64,000 nt of DNA from Paraspadella gotoi (GCA_051294375.1 CM119263.1:22346833-22410832); one strand, 5' to 3'; shown: positions 1-17,175, counted from the first letter of the stretch. A program made the numbers and translations. The notes: generated from the letters alone by a model not told the origin.

Positions 1-1795
1 GATAAATTTACCTGAAAACACGTCTGGTTCGTTTCGTCAGAACGAGTACAATCGCATTTGACATTATTAGAAGTAAATAAGGAAATTTGGCTTTAATAAC
101 ACATAAATTTTAACTTATAATTAAATACTCGCTTGTATACTTCCTTTGACTGTTATAGACTAATAAGTATTATTTATAATATAACCTGATGAACAATTAA
201 AAGTGATTTTTTTCGCATTCGTCTAACAAAGAAATGATTCGTTTTGACTCTCTTCATTGAGGTTGGGCTTCAGAATCCTAAGCTAGCATTTAGCGTGTAT
301 GAGGAGGATAACAGATATGGGTTCAGATAGTTTTATTCTAGAAGTGATAAAAGGACATTAACCTTTTTTAAAAAAAATATCAGCTTTATTCATGAATAGT
401 AAATAATTATCGCAACTATTAATATTAGGTTCTATAAAAGGAAAAATCATAGCCTTTCGATATTCTTTTAGAAACGAAAAAAGCTCGTTCTAAATTGCAA
501 GTTCGATGAACTTAAATTATTTTGTTCTATACGTATAAACACTAAGTTATGTTACTTTTTGACACAAGTTATGTTAGTATGACACTTTTTTTTAAATAAA
601 GAGTGTCTCTATCACTTTTAAGAACTGCTGACTAGCTTTGCTAAATGTTAGTTCGCTGTATATAATTTTTTTATAGTTGATATCAGTTTTGTAAACGCGA
701 GTTTTACCTCGAAGCTATTCTTATTACATTAAATCTTGAGATACACTTTTTAATATGCGCCTAATATATATATAAATTTATACATAATATAATATTTTTT
801 GAAAATAATATTTACTTCGATTGTCGAATAATAGGGTCACCATCGATTTTGTTAAAAATATAGCATTATGTAATATGAGTTAGTTTAATCCAAAGGCCGG
901 TTGGATGATAATGAGAATAAGACAGATCAAGGAAAAAATGTGTAAGGCGGTGGCGGGAAAGAGAGTAAGTGAGAAAAGAAAGAAAGAAAGAAAAGCAAAA
1001 GAATGAAAGGGAGAATGGAATTAGAACGTATGTGTGTATAAGAAAGAAAAAAACATAATAATAGATATCTACTATGAAATTAAATTCAAAAGGGGCGGGG
1101 GTACAAAACTTTAGTCTTGATGTCTACTTTCAAGTAGAAAAAATATTTTTTATAAAAAGTTCAATATATTTTTTGCTAACAAAATTACTATATTACTATA
1201 AAATGATAACAATTTTTTTAATAAATCATTGATTATTTTGATGGATTCTGATAGAGGACAAAAAGTTATAATGAGAAAAAAAAGAAAGGAAGAAAGAAAG
1301 AAAGAATGAATGAAAGGAAAAAAAATAGTTGAGAAAGCAAAAACATGGAGAGATGAATTACCTTTACCTTTATTCTCCGCGAAAGGCGTTTCCATATAAG
1401 TAATTTCACTTATTGACTTAGTTGATTACACTTTTCGACTTCTGTGTTTACTAGTTACTAATTACTAGTTAAGGGAAAAACCTAATTTATATTAAATTGG
1501 TACAACCAATATAAAAATTATCCATTCATTTAATAAATAAACTATCTAGCCCCTGACATTTACGTCGTAAACAGCTCCATTTCTAATCAGTCCTAATAAT
1601 CTTACTTATCTACAATGTAGACTAGGATAAATAAGACAAGATGAATAACACTAACAGGAACATAATTTCGGTCGCGGGAAACGAGGCAGTAATTGTTATG
1701 TTCCCCGCCAACGAATTTCTTTAACGCCAACAATCTCGTTAACTTTCCAACTATACTGAACCATCGCGTCCATCGAACCAAGATATTTTAAACCG

Positions 1796-1928
1796 ACCAA
1801 TCAGAGAGAAGTGGCCGTCCCAAAATCGCAGAAAGAAAGAATAGACCAATCAGGATTCGCGATGCAGATGTTTCGGCCAATGAGTATCGAGCCAAAGGCG
1901 TCGAGAGGCCATCGCGATGATTATAATC
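1796..1928 (+). promoter_or_regulatory. Histone-type promoter: three CCAAT boxes and a TATA-like element
   Basis: CCAAT at ~1797, ~1846 and ~1877 and TATAAT at ~1922, upstream of the H3 ATG at 2055; this layout is typical of histone promoters. Confidence 0.6.
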
Positions 1929-2048
1929 TCGAGTTGCAGCTCCTCACTCTCATTCACTCCGCATCGCCCCTGAAAAGAAGAACCCACTCAGAATTTTTTT
2001 TTCTCGTTTCTTTCAACTTTCATTGTACGAATTCGAACCTTCGTCTAA

Positions 2049-2465
<417 letters not shown>

Positions 2466-2497
2466 GGCGGTTGAAGAAAACCAAGAATACACCCACC

Positions 2498-2523
2498 CCA
2501 AAGGCCTTTTTTAAGGCCACCAA
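2498..2523 (+). promoter_or_regulatory. Histone 3' stem-loop (SLBP site)
   Basis: CCAAA-GGCCTT-TTTT-AAGGCC-ACCAA, with the 6-bp stem and 4-nt loop at 2503-2518. Purine-rich AAAAAGA follows at 2531 and AATAAA at 2545-2550. Confidence 0.9.
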
Positions 2524-3288
2524 TTCTTCCAAAAAGATTGTTTTAATAAAACTGGTTGTATGTGTGCCTGGGATTTGTCGAGGTGTGCCAGTCAAACCTA
2601 GTCAAGCTAGCTATAATTTTAACTTTGTGGTGTATAGATGCTCCCTCTATTTCCAGAATACAACACGAACATCCCTCTCCTCATTACATTATAAAAGAAT
2701 ATACTCTATATAAAGAATATATAGTGAAATTTATTAAATTCTTACATTTATTTTAAAATTTTAAAGTCTAATTTAGTAAAACAAGTAATATTGCAATTTT
2801 TTATTAATGCTGGCCTTGTTTACAGTTCATAATCAGTATTTTTTCTTCAGATTCCAGTAAATAGGTTTGTATGTTCAAATGATCAGCTCAATAGGGTATC
2901 CATCAATCAAGCTGCAGTGATATTTATACTGAATGCTCGGAAGCCCCACACAACTGCAGGATGTGCAGTACTGAAAATAACCATTTCATTCTTACAGCCT
3001 TGTGTCATCGTTGTCCTCATTTTTCTAGTTCTATCATATGCCAGTGAATTAAATAGCAGCTATATTTTATTATGAAACTGCTGGCAATCCCAACTTCTTT
3101 TGTATTGTCTCTTTTTGTCATTTTTATCCCCTTCCTCTTTCCACAAAAGGCCATCAACGAGGCGTCAGGATTTCAGTCGCCGACGCGGCAGCTGTCTCGT
3201 CGCCTGCAGAAATTGCGGCGCAAATGGCTGTTACGTCACGACAGCCAGCGCCGCCGTCGTCGAATTTCTGAACTCGAAACAGACTCGC

Positions 3289-3302
3289 ATCTCCATGGAA
3301 AC
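3289..3302 (+). promoter_or_regulatory. RFX X-box upstream of NEK1
   Basis: ATCTCCATGGAAAC fits RTHNYY-AT-RRNAAC, ~80 bp before the NEK1 ATG in a GC-rich patch; CRE-like TTACGTCA at 3231. Confidence 0.55.
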
Positions 3303-3383
3303 ACATAAACGCAAAATGCCAGGACGATGGTTGAGCTCAATTCGATTCATAGACTAAAATAGTTTTTTTATTTAAAATTAAAA

Positions 3384-6300
3384 ATGGATCGATTCATAAA
3401 AGTTCGGAAAATCGGGGAAGGGAGCTTTGGCTGCGCTATTCTTTGCCGAAATAAGGAAAGTGGAAAAAACGTTGTAATCAAGCAGATTTCGTTGTTGCAA
3501 ATGAAGCCAAAAGAGCGAGAAGATGCCAAGAAAGAAGTAGCCCTTTTATCCAGACTGACACATCCCAATATAGGTACAATAATTCTAATGATAATTGTCC
3601 GAAAACTAGTCGAGGGTAAATTTTCTAATGATTTAAATCACTGCTAATATAATATTTATTTTTTGATTAATTTTTTTATCAATTTCAATCAGTGACTTAT
3701 CGCGATTCTTTTGAGGAGAAGGGAAAATTACACATTTGCATGGACTTTTGCGCGGGGGGCGATCTTTACTCAAAGATAAATTCTCAGAGAGGAAAACCAA
3801 TGACAGAACCCGTTATTTTGGATTACTTTGTTCAGACGGTAAATAAATACCCCGAAGCAAGTTTTGATGATTATTAGTCGGATCTGCTTATCAGCAGATC
3901 CCGACTCTATAATTCACTTTGTCGGTCCGTCGGTCCGCCCCCTCAATATTGTCGGGCATTAACTTATATCATGTCAGAACATCGAATTATAATAAATTAT
4001 CAAAAAAAAATGATGTCTGTCCGTCTGTCTGTCCGTCCGTCCATCCGTCCGTCCCACCTTAGCAAAAAGCACCAATTACTCGTGATTGGATGGATGGATT
4101 TGAATAAAATTTTGTGTATGGATAAGTAAGTGTGTGATTGAGCTGGATATGAAGTTTCGATGGAATCGTCCGAGTGGAAATGAGTTTAAATGGAAAAAAC
4201 AAAAAAAAAATATTCACTATTTGAACACCAATTGCTCAGGAAAGTGTGTGATTGAACAGGAAATCAAGTTTCGATGGAATAGTTTCAGTGGAAATAAGTT
4301 TAAATGGAAAAAAACAAAAAACATGTTTCACTAATTGATTATGCTTCTTTTTCCTTTTATATTAAATGTATATGCAGGATGTATTAACAAATCAAATAAT
4401 TAATCAGTTAATTAATCAATTAGTAAATAAATTAATCAATAATTAATTAATTAGTCAATCAATCCGTCCATCTGTCCCACCTTAGCAAAAAGCTCCAATA
4501 ATTCGTGATTGGCTGGTTGGATTGAAATTAAATTTTGTGTGTGGGTAGGAAAGTGTGTGATAAAGCTGGATATAAAGTTTCGATAGAATCGTGTGAGTGA
4601 AAATTAGTTTAAATTTAAAAAACATAAGTCGCATTTACTAAAATCTTTTTACTTATTTTAACCAATAAATATGAAATATGAAATTTTGTGTGTGGGTAGG
4701 AAAATGTGTGACGAAGCTTGATATAAAGTTTCGGTGGAAACGTACCAGTGGAAATGAGTTTAAATGAAAAAAATATGAGTCACATTTACTTGAATCTTTT
4801 TATTTATTTTAACCCATGATAGATTGAGATGAAATTTGTGAGCCGGTAGGAAAGTGAGTGAAGAAGCTAGATATAAAGTTTTGACGGAATGCAAGTTGAA
4901 AAAATGATGCAAGTTGAAAAAATGATGCAAGTTAAAAAAATCTTAAAAGCATAAGGATCGTCGCAATTGCATAAAAAAAAGAGAGAGAGAGAAAGAGAGA
5001 GTGAGAGAGAGAGAGAGAGAGAATCACCCTCTCACATATTTGTTTGTATAAAATGTAAACAAAACATTTAATAACTGTCCTGACTCAATTTTAAGGACAT
5101 CGATGATGACAAGCTGAATATAAATTATAATTAATTATTAAAATTAATTAATTAATCAATTAATTAATTAATTATCGTAGGCAGATCCGACATTGTTTGC
5201 TCAAACTTGTTTTTTTAATGAATGAATTAGCTTCTCATAAGGTTTTGGCAGTGAAGCATATCCATGACATGAAGATTCTTCATCGTGACATCAAAACTCA
5301 AAACATTTTTTTGACCAAAGACAACATCATAAAACTTGGAGATTTCGGAATTGCAAAGATTCTCAATTCCACCACAGATTTGGCTCGGACCGCGATAGGT
5401 ATAAACATAACTTTCGATGGACGGTTCATAAATTTAATGGTCAGAAGAAAATTATTTTTTGCGTTTTAATATTATGTTTAACTCAAATGTATAAGTTTGA
5501 TAAGTTTAATATTGAAATAAGGTACACCCTATTACTTGTCTCCGGAGATTTGCGAGAACAAACCGTATAATAACAAAAGTGACGTTTGGTCCTTGGGATG
5601 CGTGTTGTACGAACTCACAACACTCAAACATGCGTTCGAGGCTAACAACATGCGAAACCTGGTGTTTAAAATCATCAGGGGCGTCTATCCCGCCGTATCA
5701 CCCAGGTAGCATGCACCGTGCATTGCACACACCAACTTGTTTCTCTAAAATTAAATTTTTATTTTTTTTTAGTGTATTATGATTATAATGAAGCAGAAGA
5801 CCAATTATAAAATTTTGGTTTTCTTTTAAACTAACCCAAATGACAGATACAGCTACGAACTCCGTGAATTCATCAGTCGACTCTTAAGAACAAACCCGCG
5901 CGATCGCCCGTCAACTGCACAGATTTTGAAGACGCCCTTGTTGCGTCAACGAATGGCTAAATTCGTAGAGGATCGCTCTGATACGGCACAACGTACTAGT
6001 CCTTACGAGGCGCCGGCTCGGCGGCCTACGCCAGTTCCCAAAGTTGCAGCATTGGGCGGAAAACCGGCCCCTCAACCTAAACGCGCACCAAGTTGCGACG
6101 CTTGGCAAAGATGTCGGCCGGAAGCGTTAAAAGGAATTAAGAAAAAAGCCGCGGGTTTGGCGACGATAAGGTTTGTTCCTTTTTTCTTCTTCTATTATTC
6201 TTCGTGAGGTAATTGCAAAATTATAATTAAGAATTTTTAGTCGAATCTGCTGATAAGCAGATCACGACTCTATAATTCACTTTGTCGGTCCGTCGGTCTG

Positions 6301-9300
6301 CCCCCTCAATATTGTCGAGCATTAACTTATATCATGTCAGAATATCGAATTATAATAAATTATGCAAAAAAAAAAATGTCCGTCCATCCGTCCCACCTTA
6401 GCAAAAAACTCCAATAGCTCGTGATTGGAGTTATGGATTGGAATGAAATTTTGTGTGTGGGTAGGGAAGTGCGTGATTGAGCTGGACATGAAGTTTCGAT
6501 GGAATTATCCGAGTGGAAATGAGTTTAAATGGAAAAAACAAAAAAATATATTTAACTATTTGAACGCTAATTACTCATGAATAGATAGGGCGATTGACCT
6601 GAAATTTTGTATGTGGGTAGGAAACTATGTGATTAAGCTGGATATGAAGTTTCGATCGAATCGTCCGAGTGGAAATGAGTTTAAATGGAAAAAACAAACA
6701 ACCTGTTTCACTAATTGATTATGCTTATTTTTCTTTTTATATTAAAAGTAAATGCAAAATGTATTAATTAATCAAATAATTAATCAGTTAATTAATCAAT
6801 TAGCCAATCAATTAATCAATAATTAATTAATCAGTCAATTAATCAATCAAAACAAACATTTTGGATCAAATTAATTAATTAACTTGAATTAATTAATTAA
6901 CTACCGATAATGATCGTGGGCAGATCCGACATTGTTTGCTCAAACTTGTTTCAGTAAATGTTAAGTGGATGTGAAATATAGAAGATGAATTTAATTTAAT
7001 TTAATTGAATAGGATGAAGCTGGCAAGATATTTTGATCAAAATGAATGGGGGAAGACGTAAAAAAAAGCAAACAATATTATTATGATAAAGAGATTCAAT
7101 CGATTAGTTGTTATTGACGATTAATCAGAGTTCGTAACGATTTGTACCTCTTTCAGGGCTCAAGCGGCAAAACGAAAACCGAATCCCCAGCTTTCTGCTG
7201 GTCGAGGACGGGCTGTTGGACAGAAACGTGTGCCCAAAGATTATTGTTCACAGAAGGATCTTGCTAACCAGAAACGAGAGTTACTTCAAAAGCAACGACA
7301 GCAACAAATGGTTTGTCTTTTCTGTGCTTCGTGAAAGGTTATGATATATTTCTTAATTTTACTTTTTAGCCGGATCTCTTTACAGCAGATCTCGGCTATA
7401 TAATTTACTTTGTCGGTCCGTCGGTCCGACCCCTAAATCTTGTCGGTAAATCAATTCACTCCGTCCGTTTGTCTGTCTGTCCGTCAGTCCGTCCCACCTT
7501 AGCTTTAAACGCCGATGCGTAAATAAGATGATTGACCTAAAATTTTGTGTGGTTGAGAAACGTATGATTAAAAGCTGGAAATAAAGTTTCGATGAAAACG
7601 TCGTAGTGCCTAACTATTTAATTTTGCCTGTTTTTCTCTTTTATATGAAATGTAAAAGCATTTTGCAACAACAAATACTGCAATTATAACAATTACTACA
7701 ACCACCACAACTACCATAATCACCAGAATTATAACAGCTACTACATAAAAAACTATAAATATGAATAATTGAATATATTGGATAAATATGAATAAATATG
7801 AATTGTATATTGTTGGTAAAATATATTAACTAAAAAAGAAATGGCATGATTACTCATAACTTATCGATAAATTCCCGAGTGCAGATCCGGCGTTGTTTGC
7901 TCAAACTTGTTTTCTCATGAATAGGACATTTGTCGTGAGCACGGTTGGAAAAAAATTCTTGAAGGGGACCCCGCGGCAGAAGTGGCAGCGCTTCCCGATG
8001 CCCCACAAAATTCTGGACCCGATATCGCTCGTCCGCCTTTGGATGCAATAAGTCCGACTCCTCTCATGGTACTACGGGCTAACAAACCAAATCCATATCA
8101 ATATTATCACGATCAATTGGAACGAATGAGAAAAGAGAAGCTTCAGCATTTCCGTAACAATCAAGCGGTTGAGAAAATCAAAGCGGCTGAAGAAGCTGCG
8201 GGTGATGTCAAAGCCCCTGCTCCTTCGGTCGGTTGGGTGAGAGAGTCGGAGAAGCGCGCCGAGGAAGCTCGAAAGGCCGCCGACGCCGCCAAGGATCGGG
8301 CGAAGAGGGTGGAGGAATTTCTGGCAAACCGGAGAGCGGCTAGGATGAACCGGAACCGAAACGCCCTCCGCGACCTCAATGGGTTTATGGGGCAACTGGA
8401 GGACATTCGAGAACGAAACTTGAAGACAAAAAAACTCGGTGAAGATCGACGGATCGACGGCGCTGAGCGACCCGTTCCGGGGGAAAAGAAAGTTGAGGGA
8501 GAAGAAAGAATGAAAAAAATTGAATTGTTAAATATGCAAGCAGAGGAAAGGGCGCTGCAGCTAAAGGATCATCTGAGACGAAAGAGGGAGGAGGCCTATG
8601 AGAAAGAAAAGAAGCAGTGGGAGGATCACATGAACGATAAGGGTTTCAAAAGTCCGCCGAATGAAATTCCGAAGCCGATGCCCATCGCCGAGATTATGGC
8701 GATAATTCAGCCAAGAAAGAATGCGGACGAGCAACTTGCCGAAGAAAAGGATAAAATAGCGAGGAAGGCCTGGGGTGCTCGTGGAGAAACGATCGTCAAC
8801 GAGTTGCGTGGGAAGGATCTATTGCCGGCATCAAATGAAACGATTACGCAATTGACCGAGGCGAAAGAGAAAGATATCGAGGGAAATAAAAATCGGAAAG
8901 AATGGGGTCGAGTGGGCGTAACGGTACTGAATGTTTTCCAAGAGGCAAAGCTGGAGGAGAAAGAAGTCGAGTCAGCTAGGAAAGCTTGGTCCGAAAACCC
9001 ACCTGAGGAAATTAAGAATTTTCTGCACAACCAAAGTTTGCAAGAAACCGGGACTATTTCTGCAGCGGAAACTCTCTTGGAAACGAATGCGCAAACTCAA
9101 AATTTTCTAGGAGAAAAGGAAATGCTGCCAACGCCAAAATTTGTGGCCAACAAGGAAACTTTGCAAGAGGAAGAGAACGAGTACAGAATAAGTTGCGAAG
9201 ACGAAAAAAAAGCAGAAAGCGGCTCAAAATTCGTTGTTGGTCACGTGACGGAGGTCAAATTCGGGGAGACGATTAAAGAAGAGGCTTTCAAGAATAGGGA

Positions 9301-10114
9301 AGAAAACCACTTGGAAAAATCGAAAAGTAAAAAATTGGAAGTCTCTCTAAAATTGGTCGCAGGGTTGTTTGACGTCAATCCAAAATCTGGAATATTGCGT
9401 ACGTGTTCCTTGCCGGATTTGACGAATAACGCATCGAAAAACGAAGGCATAGTCATGCGTAAGAGCGACAGTGACCTTAACGACGCCAACATTGAAAATC
9501 AAGAGAAAAGCTTATATATAACGGCTTCGGAAATCGCGGTGGACAAAGTAGTAAACGAACTCGTCTCTTCCTTGAAACTGGTGGACGACGAACCGGACGA
9601 CGAGGAACTGGAGATGTTGAGTCAGATGCAAGAAAGTCTGCAGGAAATTCTAAACGAGGAGATTGAAGAACACGAGGGCAGTGAGATGGATAAGGAGACG
9701 ATTGAGAAGAAAGATAACGAAGAGATGATCGGGGACGTCGAAGCCGTCGACGAAGAAGATTCCCAGTTTGAAGATGTTCGCACTCTAATCCAAGAAGAAT
9801 GGATTTCGGACGAGGAGAGCGACTCGTCGGACGTCAACAAAGAAAACAGCGACGACGGACAGCGAAGATCGAATTCGAACAATCCCACCCTGTTCTCTAT
9901 TCTCGAGTTGGAAAGAGAACGACTTGAAGACGTTCTCGGCGTGGAGCTTTTCGCAAAAGCGTATCATGCCGCGAGAGTGTTGCAGGAGGACACGACTATC
10001 TCGAAGGAGAGACGTCGAGAGATTATGCTAAACCTTTTGGGTCAAAACCAAATGGACGTTTATCCAAGAATCCTCAAGTTAGTTCTCGACGACGCGGCCT
10101 ATCGGCTAAATTAG
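3384..10114 (+). CDS. NEK1: NIMA-related kinase NEK1-like (7 coding exons)
   Basis: Approximate exons 3384-3573, 3692-3838, 5242-5398, 5522-5705, 5847-6170, 7157-7310, 7925-10114. Motifs [26 protein letters not shown]; coiled coil; LRTCSLPDL and C-terminal LELERERLE...[11 protein letters not shown] resemble NEK1. Confidence 0.9.
3875..5210 (+). mobile_element. DINE-1/HINE-like non-autonomous Helentron, family A
   Basis: 5' subTIR with partial inverted repeat (AGTCGGATCTGC..GCAGATCCCGACT), (GTCY)n microsatellite, internal ~120-bp tandem units, 3' subTIR GCAGATCCGAC then GTTTGCTCAAAC hairpin, T-rich flanks. Confidence 0.8.
6238..6950 (+). mobile_element. HINE-like family A copy
   Basis: Same termini and core as 3875-5210; in a NEK1 intron. 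Confidence 0.8.
7367..7910 (+). mobile_element. HINE-like family A copy (diverged)
   Basis: TAGCCGGATCT...GCAGATCCGGCGTTGTTTGCTCAAACTTGT termini and GTCC repeats. Confidence 0.75.
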
Positions 10115-10466
10115 CTAAATATTTTGTGGAGGAGATTGATTGACTTCGTAGATTTATTTTTCAATTTAATTAAAAAAAATTCTAATAAAAAGTTTGAATT
10201 GTCATTAGCAACAGATTAGTTAATTAAATTATTAAGAATCGCGAAATAACAATAGCTATGAAGATAGCTAAGAGGGTTAAAGTTAGCACTGTTTTGTAAG
10301 GGTGCTGTTGTTGTTGACGTCGTCGGAGAAAGACTGACGCACATTTTGAGGTCAGTATGGGTATTGGGTAACCAAAATATCAAATGGTGATGGGCCCTTT
10401 GTAAAAAAAGGCCAAAAAAATTATTAATGAAAATTAATGAAATAAGATGATAATTTGTTTCCTATT

Positions 10467-12682
<2,216 letters not shown>

Positions 12683-13879
12683 TAGTGTTTTTGATCTTCC
12701 TTACTTGTCATTTACTCTTAGGTGAAGAAATAAAATAAAAAAACAAAAATGAAAAAAAAACTTACACGATTGACAAACAATCATTTATTGGATTACTACT
12801 AAAAGAGAAATAATCACAGATGTGTATGGCAGGAGTTTTAAAATCAATGATATTATTTAATTCCTATGCTCGGTAACTTAAAAATTGGTATTTTACATTT
12901 CTGATAAGAGTCAAACGATTCTATGATTTAGTCTAAAAGAATTTGTTCCTAAGTTAATTTAAAGACAAATAAAAGTTAAGGAAGCAGTTCACAACGAAAT
13001 GTTTACGAAAAATCAATCAATCAATCAATCCATAGACAATTTATCACGAGATGTCTAACATTATTTTTACAAAAACCAACTTCTTAATTAATCGTTCAAC
13101 TTTGCATAGATGTTGAATTGTAATTCAAAAGCTTTAGAAAACAACAGTTAAAAATAAACCAGAATTTAAATAATTTTTTTTTCGTGTAATAAAGCTTGAC
13201 GAAATCTCTGGAAAAGTATCAATATCGTCCTTTCCTCAGCCAGGTAACAAATTAAAGAAGGGAATTAAACTAGAAAGTGAACCAGACCAACGTCAACCGA
13301 CATTCGAGTTTTAATTTAAGGACTTAGACCTCAAAATTAAGATATTAAAAACTTTTTTTCGGGCTAACGGAAGACTAAAAATTCAAGTGGGGAGCTAGAA
13401 AATAATGTATTCATATAGGCAAATAAATATTTAAAATCTTTTTCATCGAATAACAATTGGAGCTGCCGCAGTCAAAACCTCAAATATTCGAATGTTTTGC
13501 ACATGGTTATTTACATAAATGAATGAAACAAAAAGATTTAGCTACGTCTTGTATGGCAAAGAAGAAACCGAGCCTTCGATGAATTAAATAAAATGTTTCG
13601 TAATAATGGCTATTTTAAAAAGATAGTATGGCACCAAAAGGCAAACGCTCAAACTGAAAAAAAAAAACAAAAAACAAATTTAACCCTTCCAATAAATATT
13701 CTGTGTAAGCCTACTGTTTTTCGTCACACTCCATTCCATGAAAACTTAAATATATTGGTTTACGATTTTTTTTTTAATTCCATATAAACGGATAATTGGG
13801 TGAGGACAGGGGAGGGAAAGGGGAACGGGTAAGGAAAACTAAAAAGGCCACCTCAAAAAACAATATTTATTTTTAAAGT

Positions 13880-15922
13880 TTACTTTTGCGAGTGAGAGGA
13901 AGCCAGTTGAATCTGGTGTCCATGTTGCCTAGCAACCATCATCTCCGCATTGAGCGAGGCGTACTGACCCGGAAGAAGATACAGGGGGTAAGTGACAGGA
14001 TGAGTGCCGGGAATCGTCGTCTGGTTAGATCCAGGGTCTACCCGTATGGGACTCTGAAGGAGCGAGAGTTGGGCCACCGGTGCCATGGGCGCCATCGGTG
14101 GTGGGTCTTCCTGCTTGATCGGTGACGATATCAACGTTTCGAGGATGACGGGTTCACCGGCGCGATGCGGTGTCGTGGTGGGCGCTCCCATGGTGACGAA
14201 AGGCGCCGAAACGACCGGCGCTAAATTCGAGGCCAGGAAATTATTTGCGATAATGGAAGTCGGCGTCGCGCCGCCGACGAATTGCAACGTCTCCCGTTTG
14301 ACGAGGCCATCGAGGCTTTGTCCCGGATGATGATGATGATGATGATGATGAAGATTATGATGCTGAGAATGAGCGTGAAGATGATGTTGACCATGACGGA
14401 CGATGGGAGGATTCGTGACGAGGCCGTGCGCCGTCATGCTGACGATCGTCTGTGGACCCGACGGTTGCAAGGACGTCGAGCCTTTAGATTGCTGCTGCGG
14501 CGTCCCCGGAAGAGTTCGCGAAGAAAATAAAGTCTTGGAATTGGCGACGGCGGCGGCGGCGGCGCCGAGGCGAGCGTTAACGTCGTCGGGTGAGCCCTTG
14601 TTCTCCGCCAAAAAAGAGACGTAGCCCGAGGATCCGGTAGAAATCGTCGTCGGCTTCAAAGTCTTGGTGGAGTGGGAAGAGTCAGAGTTTTCCGTTGCCG
14701 ACGAGCCGTTGGACTTGAGGTCGTACTTGAACTCGATGTGCACCCCGTTCTCGAGGTGAAAGTCCTCCTCGTCGTCGTCGGGATCGATTCCGAAATTGTG
14801 CGAGTCAACCCATTTCTGAACGTCGTATCCCTGCTTCTCCTCGCAAGGGAGCGCCAGCGAAAGTTCCCTGAAGGTGCCCGTCGCCGGCCTCGTCAACGCC
14901 GAGGTCGCCGTCAACGCAGTCGACGTCAGCGCCACTTTGACGTCGTCCATCGACGTGGTTGTCGCCGGATCCGGGATCTTCCTCTTCGGCGCTCGAGGCT
15001 TCGGCAACTCGCCCCGCTCGATCTTTTCTTGCTTGATACGCGCACGCTCCGCCTTGCGAGCTTCGTCCTTGGCCCGCTTGTCCTCGATGAACTTGGCGCG
15101 TGCCTCCGGCTCTACTGGCGCCGCGATCAGATCCAGGTCGGGGAACACCAATTCGGAATCCTTCAGTTCCGGCAGGTAGCCCTTGAGGTGATCGCGAAAC
15201 TTTTTCAGCGCCGTATAGATAGGAACTTTGTCGACTGCGCGAGGAAGCTGAGCGCACCGCGCCGACGACGAAGGCATGACGAAAATGTGCGTGTTGGTGT
15301 TAGGGATGCAGTAGGGCTGCTTCCCGACATCAAAATGTTTCTTGCTTTGGCCAAAGCAGTTGTTAAAAATCTCATAGATTCCCTTGCCGTTAAAAACGGC
15401 TATCCGAGGTTGGAACTGCTGGATTTTGGAGAGCAGGACCTGGGCTCCCTCGCGAATTTCTGATCGCGACAAGTCGCTGCTACATGGCGTCGTCCGCTTC
15501 ACTATGTCCGTGAAACCGATGCCGTGGTCCAGCAGTTTTTTGTCGTCGTCCGCCGTCATCGGCTCCGGAATGAGACCAGACAAAAAGAGGCACTTCCAAA
15601 AATGATTACCAGCACTGGCATAGTAATGTTGCTTGTAGGCAGCAATGAGACTAGGGTTGATGCCTAAACGAATGAAGACAAGAATTATCTACGGTTCACA
15701 GCAATTTTTTTAGTTTTATTATGAACTACCAAAATAAATATTCTCACCGATTATAAGTATATCCAAGCCGGGTTTGATATGGTCTGGTAGGCTTCTTTTC
15801 ATAAGCTCCTCCTTCGGAGTTCCATTGAATCTGTCAATCGTTCTTCTTTTTTTTTCTACTTTGAAGTTTTCCGGAGTCAATTCTTGCTTTATTTCTACCT
15901 CGCGCAGAGCCTTTTCATCCAT
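13880..15922 (-). CDS. TDG: Thymine-DNA glycosylase, paralog B (5' end uncertain)
   Basis: MDEKALREVEIKQELTPENFKVEKKRRTIDRF...DILII|[23 protein letters not shown]...FTDIVKRTTPCSSDL...PSSSARCAQLPRA, then a long S/T/P/H-rich tail. One intron at ~15665-15747; upstream exons unresolved. Confidence 0.9.
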
Positions 15923-17175
15923 AGCGTCACTTATGAAAAAGGTTTCGTCAAATAACTTTCGCCATTTCATTTCAAACAAGTCTTTTTATTTTCTTACCTC
16001 ACTCTGTCGGGGAATGCGTTTTTAAAGGTCCTGGTTTCGGTGTGGGGACAAGGACTGGGCAAGGGGGAAACGCCCCAACCTGTTCCAGGACCTTTTCTTC
16101 GGTCGATGTGAAGGAATCAGATGGGTTGAGTCGCCCTGTCGGTCATTGCCTTTGTAAAAGAAACGTAACCACCCGAAGAGAAAATGGCGAATAAAGGTGC
16201 GTTTGTGATGGCAAAACTTTCGTTAGATCCTGCAGAATGAATCACTGGAAAAGGTCAGTGTTTGTCATGACTAAAAGAGAATTATCGAGGAAAAGGAAAT
16301 GATGAACGTCGCTTTTAACACCCTTCATCAAATTTTGCTGTCTCTACATTAGCACTGCGCGGAGTAATCTATACAGCAGATTGAGGTTTGTCGAAAATGC
16401 TCCATACGACATTCTTTTTCATTAGAATCATCTAAAACACCTCCATTACGAATCTAGTTCTAAATATACGAGTCCAACAACAATATTCAAGGTAACTTTT
16501 CTTAAATCAATAAGTGATAATGTTCGGAACTACTTTTTTCCAGCACTCGATGAAGAGTCGAGCTCGAATTGCGACTTGGATTTCAGTAGGTTATCTGTTC
16601 CTCCGCGGCCCCGCAGCCTCGCATTTTGATAGCCACCACCGTCAGCGGCTCTGCGGCTGCTTGCGCCGTTCCTCCTCCATCGTCATCGTCGACGTCATCG
16701 CTATCGTCAGTTTGGTCGTCATCGTCGTCGTCGTCTTTCTCTTCGTCGTCGCAATGGTAGTTCTAGCGCTCTTCCGAGACATGCTCGTGTTGCGCCACTA
16801 TCCCTAAACATAGAGGAGTAGGACGAATGTCACAGCATGTGAGAACCTAAGCTTTGGTCCCGCGTCCCGGTTACAGCCTGGAGGTTCTCCAAATCTTCCC
16901 CCCTTCCTTCTGATTCATTGGATAAGAACAATTGCAATTGATACTGCAGAAATCTTGAAGCTTTCTGCTCACATGACCTGTTGATTACAAACCAAAAAAA
17001 TGTTTTTGAATTTTAATAACAAGCAAACAAAATTTAAAAAATTAATGTGCAACAGGCTTATTCAACGATCTGCATCTTTGAAGTTGTCTCTCTTTTCTTC
17101 TCATATTTTCTTATATTGGTTGTACCAATTTCATAATGCATCAAGCTCAATTAGTCAATGATAATCGTTCGGTAA

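Noticed and set aside
4100-4900. Regularly recurring motifs resembling a CRISPR array
   Set aside because: These are degenerate ~120-bp internal units of a eukaryotic transposon; no unique spacers and no cas genes.
14672-15463. 263-aa plus-strand ORF and other ORFs overlapping TDG-B, THADA, PSMC3 and DDX5
   Set aside because: Antisense or alternate-frame shadows of real exons with no recognisable motifs.
16000-16800. Possible upstream TDG-B exons and an acidic GAC-rich stretch
   Set aside because: Could not build a stop-free spliced frame by eye; left unresolved.
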